This document shows, one piece after another, positions 34,861 through 44,047 of a stretch of 64,000 bases of DNA; position 1 is the stretch's first letter; each line of letters begins with the position of its first letter. The position numbers were made by a program, and so were the translations under genes. Under the pieces are notes generated by a model. That model did no database searches. It had not been told where the DNA came from and saw only the letters and a program-made list of their open reading frames with translations. The DNA comes from Guillardia theta CCMP2712 (taxonomy: Eukaryota; Protista; Cryptophyta), in the NCBI RefSeq assembly GCF_000315625.1, contig NW_005434670.1:1194258-1258257 (forward strand). Reading direction: 5' to 3'.

Positions 34861-37791
34861 ATGGGCTCTGATATCAAAATGGCTATGGAAATTCATGAAG
34901 CGTTCTCAAAGACAAGCATTGACCTGACTAAGCTGAAGGATAATTCGGGCAACAATGTTTTTAAGACGGAGGAGGAAATGTGGGGTACGCTCAATCCGTT
35001 TTTCACAACTCTCGAACGAGTCAGGCCAGGACTACGAGACGTGTTCATGAATATCTTGTCATTGTTCCCGATCACCGAAGAAGACAGTGTAAACTTGGGT
35101 TCCAGGCTGGAGAAGAGTCTTACGTCTTGGGAAGAGCATGTAGATTTCGATGATGACGAAGGAAAGTTTTACACGACAATCGAATGGAAAGGAATCGTCG
35201 TGGGAGTTTTTCTCAGGAAAAACTGGCCGTTCAAGTCCATCAAGCGAGTAGAGGCAACTGTAACCGATCTGAAGAGACGTTTCGACGAGTTCCAGGAGGA
35301 GTCACAGGAGCCTGAGGACCAAGAAAACTACCAGTGGTTAATCGATGCAGAAGTCACTGCTAGCGGGGAAAGCAGAAGGGCAAGACTGAGGCAGAGATTA
35401 CCTTGGGATTTGACAAATGATAAAACAGTACAGGGCATTGCGGCCCTATACAAAGACGTGATGGAGATTACGGAAGAAATCAATCAGTTCTTCAAAAATC
35501 GACTGACGGAGATCTTTCCTAGAGCATTACGACTGTCGGGGCAAGAAGATTATCCTCTGTCTGGATACCTCGGATTCTCTTATGTGAAATATTGGATATC
35601 ACTTCAATTCAGGAACCGTACAGCACCGAGAAATCTGATTGACCGCGTCAAGAGTCTAGTCTCGGAGGCTGAAGTTGATGACTTCGAGAAACTGCTTGAC
35701 ATCCCCCTAGAGGTTTGCTCCCTCCTCAAGCAGTTGAAAAGGAAAGAAGCAATCTCGACGGGTGGCACTCAAGAAGTTGTTGACTTGGAAAAGGAATTAG
35801 TGCGGAGTCTTCTGGGCAAATGTAAGACGTCGAAGATCGACGAAGTATCTTTCTTGGGGAGGATACAGGCTGCTGAGGGTAGATTGATAACCATGTCGGA
35901 AGTTCAGCGCAGAATTTCTAATATCTACGCCGAGCACAAGGCGCGAAGACAGTATGAAGGGCCTACACTGCGTCATCATAAGACAGCTAACTTGGGCCAT
36001 GCTCAAACAGGGGCCACCAAACATTCCGATCATCCATCGTCAGAGCCAGGATCAAGTGGTGCTCGACATGGCAGGAATAACGATGTACCGGGACGAGGAT
36101 TCCAGCATGGGAGACATCGTGGTTCGGACTCGCGCGGCGGAGGATGGCGTGACTCGCAGTCACTCCCGGATGGCAATCCGATCCGGTATGATCAGCAACA
36201 AGCCTCTGATCATTCTCCCTGGCAGGCTCATGGTAACACTCATCGGCGAGGACAATGGCGAAATCCCTCACGCGGCAGATCGCAAGAACAGCAAGCGTTG
36301 CATACGCGAGAAGAAGGCAACGGCAGCTGCGAAGGAGCTCCATCATACAGGCAACACGATGGGAGAGGTCGCTTCAATCCAAGAGGGAAGGGAGCCAATC
36401 GTGGGGGACGAGGGCGGATGCAACCAGGTCGCAGAGGACGACGAGAGCACTGGACGGGCCCTCTGATCCCGCACCGTGATGATCACCAGCCTCGGGTGCA
36501 ATCTGACGAAGAGCAGGAGGACTCGGTTGTAGGACGAGCAGCAGGCGGCACTGCGGGCAGCTCGGGAGATTCGTGGCAAAGAAGGAGACAGAGGGGACAC
36601 GGGCCTGGACATGCGACTAGGGGCATGAGGCACGATCCCGGGACTCGTATGTATGAAAACAGTCGTGTTGCATTGCTGGAAGAAAAACTCGATATTTTGA
36701 CAGACCGACTGATGGAGAGACTTGCTCCTGATCATTCCAGCCGGACAGAAGTATCACGGAGGCAAGCCGCTCCTCATGCAAATGAGAGGAGGGTCCTGTA
36801 CCTGACAGATGGTCGATCGGCGGTGGACGATGTGGCCTTGATAGGTCAGGCACCAGCAACCTCGGATAGGAGAACAAGAAATGTGAGCCAGAGGCTTGGC
36901 GAACGAGAAGAAGTGGATTCTTGTCAGGAAGCCTCAGATACAGATAATCCATTTCAATCAGGTGACATTCATGTACGACGAGTTATGCGCAGGGTGCACG
37001 TCTGTCTTGATATCGAAAAATTGCTCAGAGCTAAGGCGTTCCTGAACGTACACTTACCGGGTTGTCACCATATGTTACTCGATACCGGAGCTAATATCAG
37101 TCTCTGCGGTGACAGATCTCTATTGACGAATGTGCGTAAAAGTCTACAAGCCACTGTTGTCAGCACAGCCAGCGGGGAGACATTTACGTGCGAGGAAGAA
37201 GGAGAAATGAGAGTGCAATGTGCAATTACAAGCAATGGAAATGTTACTATCGCACATACATTCGTACTTACAGCAATGGTATGTGCAGAGACTCCGCTCA
37301 CCATCTTTTCAATGAGTCAATTTCTTGGAGAAGAGACAACTGTGGAACTGTCTGGGAAGTCAACTGGATCTTGGGTTCGTATGCCAGATAACTTACTGTT
37401 ACCTGTACACCTTTGGGAGGGAATCTATGTGCTTAAAGCAGCAGTTGATAAGTCTCGACACTCACTTGTCATCGCAGCACAGTCAAGCAGCCGTAATACT
37501 GAGGCAGCGGCCCTACTGACAAAGTGTGCAGCAGAGCCCTCCACTGCTGAAGAAGACAAGGTATCACTGAAATCCTTGAGCAACAAGGACATTCCAGCCT
37601 CCCCATTCAACCCAATTCCAACCATTCTGTGGCACTGGAGACTTGGGCTTGGCAAAAGGGAACAACAAAGTGACATACAGTCCAACCCATCGCACAGCAG
37701 GTCCTTGTCATGTTTGTCAAACCAGCAAATTCTCAAAGCTACCTATCAAAACCCAAGGCGGCTACCGACAAGAAAGAGCCGAAAGGATTAA
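34861..37791 (+). CDS. Element B ORF1: Gag (RGG-rich) + aspartic protease + start of integrase zinc finger
   Basis: 976 aa; MLLDTGANIS protease; ILWHWRLG pre-integrase motif near 37630. Confidence 0.9.
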   Translation: MGSDIKMAMEIHEAFSKTSIDLTKLKDNSGNNVFKTEEEMWGTLNPFFTTLERVRPGLRDVFMNILSLFPITEEDSVNLGSRLEKSLTSWEEHVDFDDDEGKFYTTIEWKGIVVGVFLRKNWPFKSIKRVEATVTDLKRRFDEFQEESQEPEDQENYQWLIDAEVTASGESRRARLRQRLPWDLTNDKTVQGIAALYKDVMEITEEINQFFKNRLTEIFPRALRLSGQEDYPLSGYLGFSYVKYWISLQFRNRTAPRNLIDRVKSLVSEAEVDDFEKLLDIPLEVCSLLKQLKRKEAISTGGTQEVVDLEKELVRSLLGKCKTSKIDEVSFLGRIQAAEGRLITMSEVQRRISNIYAEHKARRQYEGPTLRHHKTANLGHAQTGATKHSDHPSSEPGSSGARHGRNNDVPGRGFQHGRHRGSDSRGGGWRDSQSLPDGNPIRYDQQQASDHSPWQAHGNTHRRGQWRNPSRGRSQEQQALHTREEGNGSCEGAPSYRQHDGRGRFNPRGKGANRGGRGRMQPGRRGRREHWTGPLIPHRDDHQPRVQSDEEQEDSVVGRAAGGTAGSSGDSWQRRRQRGHGPGHATRGMRHDPGTRMYENSRVALLEEKLDILTDRLMERLAPDHSSRTEVSRRQAAPHANERRVLYLTDGRSAVDDVALIGQAPATSDRRTRNVSQRLGEREEVDSCQEASDTDNPFQSGDIHVRRVMRRVHVCLDIEKLLRAKAFLNVHLPGCHHMLLDTGANISLCGDRSLLTNVRKSLQATVVSTASGETFTCEEEGEMRVQCAITSNGNVTIAHTFVLTAMVCAETPLTIFSMSQFLGEETTVELSGKSTGSWVRMPDNLLLPVHLWEGIYVLKAAVDKSRHSLVIAAQSSSRNTEAAALLTKCAAEPSTAEEDKVSLKSLSNKDIPASPFNPIPTILWHWRLGLGKREQQSDIQSNPSHSRSLSCLSNQQILKATYQNPRRLPTRKSRKD

Positions 37792-40700
37792 TAGCCAGTG
37801 GAATGTGGATTTGAAAGACATGGGGACAGTCTCGGAGCCAGGAAGATTTCGTTACTTCTTGGTCGTGGTCGATGCCTACAGTGGATTTATTATAACGATT
37901 CCATTGACGTCAAAAGGCGAAACTAAGGAAGTCATGCAGAGTTTGATCTTGCAGGAAGAACGCTCAGGTCGACCAGCAGTCATAACAGTAGTGAGTGACA
38001 ACGGCTCGGAGTTTGCAAACCTCCAGTTGCAGTCATTCGTGAAGATGAAGGGGATCATCTGGAATTTTACCCCGGACTACACAAGTGCTGCCAACGGTCG
38101 AGCAGAGAGGGCGATCCGAACAGTGACTACCATCCATCGAGCAATCTCGTACCAAGCACAAGTCCCGCAGCGCTTCTGGCACTTCTCCGTCCAACAAGCA
38201 ACGCTGATCTTCAACAGTTTACCCAACCTGACGAATCGGGACGGCCTATCTCCCTGGCAACTTTATCAGGGACGAGAATTCGACTATGATAAACTGAAGG
38301 TGTTCGGATGTACGGTATTTGTTGCCAACGAGGAGAAATTGAAGAATGATATGCCTGCTATTACTGCTGTTAACCTGGGAAATTCAGAGGCTCACATGGG
38401 TTACCAGCCAGGGTACTTGGTATTCAATCCAGCTACCAACAAGGTGATACATACGCGACAAGCAAGATTTGATGAGACCTTCTTTCATTTCAGAAGGACC
38501 AGTAGACTGCATCTACCCCCAGGACAGGAGTATGTTGGACTGCGCGAGGTGGATGAACATTGCTCAACTCAGAATGATCATGGAGCAACCAGCTCGGAAG
38601 CCTCGGATGGCAGTATGGCAGAGTCCAGTGAAGACGATGGACACGATGCAGACTGGCAACCTGAACAGTCCGCAGATCAGAAGCAATCGATAACTGCTGG
38701 GGAACCTGTGCTGGGAAGCGAGGACGGCGAAGTCGGCAGAAAACGTACAAGAAGCGATTTTCGATCGGATCGAACCTTAATGGAACGGCAGTATGTCAAC
38801 CGCAAAGTAACATATGGAACAAGGGCGGCGACGATAACGCAGATTGTGTTCAGAAACGGGGCATTTTACTTGAAAATCAAATATGACGATTCAGACAATG
38901 ATTGGATTATTGTTCCTACAACGGACCCGAAACTACGTCTGACATCTGAACGCGTGAATCTGGTCACAATGATCCGTTCTAGACGGTCAGGAAGCCAATC
39001 GACCTTAACAGGAATGTTTAATCAATCCCGGACGGCAGAAGCGGCCTATTCCTTCTGTGCAAGGGGCATATCTCAGCCTGCCGAGGACGACAGTAACCAG
39101 ACGAACGTCGGGCCGGAGCAAGCGTCTCACAGCAAAATGCTGATAGCCTACATGTGTAAATTCATGGATGTCTCAGAAGCTCAGGGAAATACAGTTCAAT
39201 TATTGCAGACAAGTGCGGCAGACAATTCGGCCAGCAGCAGGATCGACACTACCGGTAGAATCCAAGCTCCGAAGACCAGAAAGCAAATGTTGCTGAGCGC
39301 AGAAAGACACCAATGGTTGCAAGCTGAGCTTAAAGAACTCAACAGTATGAAGGAAAAGGGAGTGTGGGAAGAAGTGGATTATCCCAGCAACCGAAAGGCG
39401 AAGATCGCTCCATTCCAATGGGTGTATACTTTGAAATACAATACTGAAGGTGAGATTGCGAAATTTAAGGCGAGGTTGGTCATCCTGGGCAATCTAGTTC
39501 CCACTGATGGTCCAGTATATGCTCCAACGTCAGATTTCCAGAACGTTAGGCTCATTTGTGCAATTGCCGCTGGAAACGCCTGGTTGTTGACGATGCGAGA
39601 TATTTCGACCGCGTTTTTGAATGCAGATATCGACGAGGAAATTTACATGTTACCTCCAGAACAGCTCGCCTTACCAAGGGGAAGACTACTTCGTCTGAAG
39701 AAGAGCCTGTATGGCCTGTCAACCAGCCCGCGGAGTTGGTTCAAATGTTTCACGAAGACTCTGAAGAAGATGGGATGTCGTCTAGTCGGCGTCGACGAGG
39801 TACTTTTTGTCTACGAGAATGCCAGTGGTCATCGAATCATTGGGACCATCTTCGTTGACGATATCTTGCTGGCTTCTCAGTCAGAAGCAATCTTGTCTGA
39901 ATTCCTGCTCAAACTCTCTGACCATTTTGAATTTTCCGAGTCCCCTCAGGCGACTGGAACATTCCTGGGAGTCAAAATAACACAAGACTTGGCTCAAGGC
40001 ACCGTCGAGCTCAACCAGACACATTTTATCCATCAGATTGTTGAGCGATTCGAAATACCTCAAAAGTCAGTGCGAAGCGTCTTACCACACGATTATGTCT
40101 CCTCCTACCACCTAGAGGATGATCTGGTGTTGAATGAGAAGCAAATTCGACTGTACCAAGCTCTGCTAGGTTCACTTCTGTACCTCACCGCCGCGACCAG
40201 GCCAGATATATGTTTTGCGGTCAGCCTGCTGAGCCGATTTGCCAAACGGCCTCGGATTAGCGACGTCAAGGCCGTAATCCATCTGACTCAATACGTTTAT
40301 AACACTCGTGAACAGAGCTTAACGTTCTCCCAATCGGGTACATTCTTCAATCAACAGCATTATCACAACACTCTGATAGCTGCGAGTGATTCCACCTGGG
40401 GAACAGATCCAATTACACGTCGTTCTCAAGGAGGGATTGTGATTTCTTTTAACGGAGGTCCAGTTAACTTCTCCAGCAAACTGCAGAAGGTCGTCAGCTT
40501 ATCGAGTACGGAAGCCGAGTTGTACAGTTGCTCCAACTGTGCGAAGGCGATACGGACGCTGCGATCCATCCTGCTCGAACTGGGGTTTGTACAGCGTGAC
40601 CCAACAATCATTCTCGTTGATAATGCAGCGGTCATCCATCTGCTGAGGGACCGTCGCGCATTTTCGAAGCTTAAGCATATTGCAATTCGACATCGGTTCA

Positions 40701-40855
40701 CTCTTCAGATGGTGGATGAAAACGAAATCATCGCTGTGAAGATTGCTACTACATACAACCCTGCGGACATTCTCACCAAGATCTGCCCAGTCTCCAAAAT
40801 TCGTCAGCTAGCATCGTTCTTGTTCGGCAACGACATGTCTCAGGTCTCCGTTTGA
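37643..40855 (+). CDS. Element B ORF2 (+1 frame): integrase, reverse transcriptase, RNase H
   Basis: CHVC; WNVDL..VVSDNGSEF..NGRAER; KFKARLV, RDISTAFL, LYGLSTSPR, IFVDDI; ASDSTW, SSTEAEL, VDNAAV, NPADILTK. Confidence 0.93.
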   Translation: MGLAKGNNKVTYSPTHRTAGPCHVCQTSKFSKLPIKTQGGYRQERAERINSQWNVDLKDMGTVSEPGRFRYFLVVVDAYSGFIITIPLTSKGETKEVMQSLILQEERSGRPAVITVVSDNGSEFANLQLQSFVKMKGIIWNFTPDYTSAANGRAERAIRTVTTIHRAISYQAQVPQRFWHFSVQQATLIFNSLPNLTNRDGLSPWQLYQGREFDYDKLKVFGCTVFVANEEKLKNDMPAITAVNLGNSEAHMGYQPGYLVFNPATNKVIHTRQARFDETFFHFRRTSRLHLPPGQEYVGLREVDEHCSTQNDHGATSSEASDGSMAESSEDDGHDADWQPEQSADQKQSITAGEPVLGSEDGEVGRKRTRSDFRSDRTLMERQYVNRKVTYGTRAATITQIVFRNGAFYLKIKYDDSDNDWIIVPTTDPKLRLTSERVNLVTMIRSRRSGSQSTLTGMFNQSRTAEAAYSFCARGISQPAEDDSNQTNVGPEQASHSKMLIAYMCKFMDVSEAQGNTVQLLQTSAADNSASSRIDTTGRIQAPKTRKQMLLSAERHQWLQAELKELNSMKEKGVWEEVDYPSNRKAKIAPFQWVYTLKYNTEGEIAKFKARLVILGNLVPTDGPVYAPTSDFQNVRLICAIAAGNAWLLTMRDISTAFLNADIDEEIYMLPPEQLALPRGRLLRLKKSLYGLSTSPRSWFKCFTKTLKKMGCRLVGVDEVLFVYENASGHRIIGTIFVDDILLASQSEAILSEFLLKLSDHFEFSESPQATGTFLGVKITQDLAQGTVELNQTHFIHQIVERFEIPQKSVRSVLPHDYVSSYHLEDDLVLNEKQIRLYQALLGSLLYLTAATRPDICFAVSLLSRFAKRPRISDVKAVIHLTQYVYNTREQSLTFSQSGTFFNQQHYHNTLIAASDSTWGTDPITRRSQGGIVISFNGGPVNFSSKLQKVVSLSSTEAELYSCSNCAKAIRTLRSILLELGFVQRDPTIILVDNAAVIHLLRDRRAFSKLKHIAIRHRFTLQMVDENEIIAVKIATTYNPADILTKICPVSKIRQLASFLFGNDMSQVSV

Positions 40856-42007
40856 CCATCATTACGCCGCTGCTTCATGCAAGACCTTGTCAAGCTAGCC
40901 AAGCTCCCTGTACCTCGTCAGGGAGGGAGATGGATGATGCGAAGTCACAGGGGACCCACTTCAGCCTGAGGTCATCTGTTCGACACCAGAGACAGTCAGG
41001 GAGGGGTTCACTAAATGAACAATCAAAATCAGGGAATATCATATCTTTTCACTATCATACCTGAATACTGAACTTCATGACAGGCTGAACCTCTGAGAAC
41101 ATCTGATGATGACATCAGCATCGAGCCTCGCATCATACCTATGTCATGTGACATGGACGAGTCACAGGGATCCCCCAAGCAGAGCCAAGAGTCGCACAAG
41201 ATGACGACGAGGCCACCAGATAGCTCTCCCACCATGATGATGAGTGTGGCAAAGAAGCTGAGGGGTGACATGACAGCGAGAAAATCTCGATGATGGAGGG
41301 ATCAGTCCTGATCAAAGTCGCTCTGAATGTCAAAAGTGACAAGAGCTGTTTTCAATCCAACCTGGCAAAGCCTGTACGTGGCCAACCAGTGAGGAGAGGA
41401 ATTACCTCATGATTCCACTGGTCAAGCACCGCGATGATTGAAGCGGCAAGCCTAGAGCACGGCAGATGAAAGCTTGAAGGTTGTGAAGATCGAGGAAGGG
41501 AGACGTCCCATTGAAGCCTCATTGCATGCCACGATCTCACGATGGCGATATGATCTCACGAAGCAACTCTACAGCAGAGTTGAAGAAATGAAAGGCAGCT
41601 TGAAGCGCCAAGCCTTCGCAAGACGAAGAAGCAGACGATGAAGACATACCTTCGATCGAAGTTATGAAATGATGCTGCAGAAATGAAGGAGGTTCTAAGT
41701 CGCCAGGCACATCAGTGCTGATGGGCGCTGAGGAGAACCTTTCAGTACCATGCACAGCCCTACTGCGAAAGTCAAGTCAAGAGGCTGATCGCTTATGGAA
41801 AGAGGAATATCAAGTCTGATGAGCAACCATACAGCTTCAAGGCAGACGACCAGAGACCAAGCATGAGTCCACCTTGCTGTCAAGCAACAGCTCCCGCCTA
41901 CTCTAGGCAAGGGAGGAAATACTGCGGCGACGACGCGCGAAGAGTCAACCGCAGCAGGCGCGGCAAAGCAACAATGCTGGCATCGGCACACAAGAGCCAA
42001 GGGAGGG

Positions 42008-42931
42008 TGTTGAAGCACCTGATAGGAGGAAGCTTCACCTCAGACAATGCCAAGTAATCGACGTGGCTCAAGTGCACAGATGCTTAGAGCCTCGGAATGC
42101 ATCCCTGGAGAGGACAGCAACAGCTACAATAAGGACGACGTAGGAGAATCATGAAGAAGACAGCAAGAACTTAGGAATCGTGGATGGCAGCAGGAGATAA
42201 GCGAGCCAGCTTATATCAGTCCACGACAGGACAGCAGATGACACGGTGGCAGGATATGGCTACACTCAAGGGGAGATTGGAAGTATCACCCCTGAAGTCA
42301 TGGACATGGGAGAACAAGGGGTCTGATCAAAGAAGACAGTACTATCATGATCATCTTAGCGGAGGACATACAAGGAATGCACGAGACCACCTCCAAGCAT
42401 GCTCCTACGGAGACACAGGACCTGTCAAGGTCAAGGGAGCAGCTACATCAACTTCACAGAGAGCGTTGGATGAGAATCGAAGACCTCGTCATGTCAAGCC
42501 TATGACTCTTTCTCAGGGGACCCTCAAGGTACGGAACCAGGCCTCGGACCGGTCGAAGAATCATATCGCAGATAAGAAGCGTAGAGTACCGGTAGTGGTA
42601 GTTCCTAGGACCGGGCAGCCCCTATTTTAGGGACCGAGGAAGAGGAAGAAGGGCCGCACGCATTGGCAGGACAGGGAAAGGAGAACGAGGTGTACAGTCT
42701 CTGTGAGACTGGGTTGCTTGAAGTAAACAAGCTTGACCATCTATACCAATCTCTTATCTCCTCCGTTTGTTCTCTGTATCCTGATATCATTCCTGCGTGG
42801 CCACCATTCGTGATATCTATTACCGCTGCTACAGAAACTTGCAGTCGGTGCTATCACTGTCTACTTCGGGTGTCACTGCTACTGTGACTGTGTCACCGTC
42901 TGTGGAGAGAAGGTTACTGGGAACTTCAACA
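42008..42931 (+). repeat. Element B 3' LTR (924 bp)
   Basis: Direct repeat of 33776-34699. Confidence 0.97.
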
Positions 42932-42936
42932 ATAAA

Positions 42937-43152
42937 CCGATACACATGTTTACTCATTGCTGTATTACGGGTTAAGCCTGACCTCGACATATAAGCAACC
43001 CATCTTAGACGTTGGCCACGTCATCGGAATGGGATTGCACGAACATTGACGTGTGTTCTCTTACTGCTGTACATAAACAAATCTAGCTTCATTGTTCATC
43101 TGTTCTACTCCTAAGTGCACTATCGCTCAGTTGCTGGACTATACCCGCATCA
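42937..43152 (+). repeat. Element A 3' LTR, right part
   Basis: Same sequence as 26368-26583, followed by TSD AATCA. Confidence 0.96.
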
Positions 43153-44047
43153 AATCAGTCAATATTCTGAGATTTGATGTGCGCTTGGTATGCTTCGCAA
43201 CATCGTTCTGAGACATCTTATCCTTTGTTTTTCACCATGGCATCGTTTTCTCGCGCATTCAGAGGATCGGAAGCGCGATTGTTACCGCCAGGATCTGATT
43301 GCCTGCCATATCTCATGCTTCCGATCTCTTCAGTTCACATGCAGCTAAGGTACTATGTTCATGTGGTAAAGAAACGATAAGGCATGATTTCAAGAAGATA
43401 AAATTCAAAAATAATTTAAGATTTGACTAAAACTTGAATCCATCATATCCGACCAATTCCCTTGCAACCTCTTATCACCCCCCCAATCTCCCTTGATCAC
43501 CCCACCCTTTCTAGTGTCGTAACAGTGAAATCCCGTGCCATTGCGCCCCTGCTGACATAACCCCCCTGTCAGTCGGATTAACTTTGAAGCCAGTTACCCC
43601 CAGTCTTCTTGTTGCACCGGTGCCTTTATCTTCAATTTATGGGGATTATCTTAACTTCTTTGGTACCCCTACCCATTTCTCTTCTCAAGTACCCCTCATC
43701 AAGATACCCTGTATCCATGCAGAAGTCACCCCTTCTATTTCTTCCGACCTGACCCACCCTAATCAACACACATCGAAGCTCTACCCCCTGTTTCCTCACC
43801 CATGACCGGTCATTTACACACACAGATTTACGGACCCGACCATGTTTACTAGCGTTGATAAACCACCCCACCCCCCTCGACTCACGCGCGCCTGTGCGCC
43901 TTGAATTAGCTGATTGCAGCTACTCTCATGTACCCCACCCCTTCAATTCTAATAAACTACCCCTCATTTAGTAGTCGTTGAGAACCACCCCTACCACAGG
44001 TGTACGGACGGCCGAAAAACACTCATTTTGTTCTCCATGGCGAACAA

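Larger units (their letters stand above)
33776..42931 (+). mobile_element. Ty1/copia LTR retrotransposon B (9156 bp) nested in A's 3' LTR
   Basis: LTR termini TGTTG...CAACA; TSD ATAAA at 33771-33775 and 42932-42936; PPT AAGGGAGGG 41999-42007; PR-IN-RT-RH order. Confidence 0.97.
26195..43152 (+). mobile_element. Ty1/copia LTR retrotransposon A (7.8 kb without the insert), 3' LTR interrupted by element B
   Basis: LTR termini TGATG...CATCA; TSD AATCA at 26190-26194 and 43153-43157; PBS 26584-26594; PPT AAGGGGGAG 33594-33602; PR-IN-RT-RH domain order. Confidence 0.97.
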
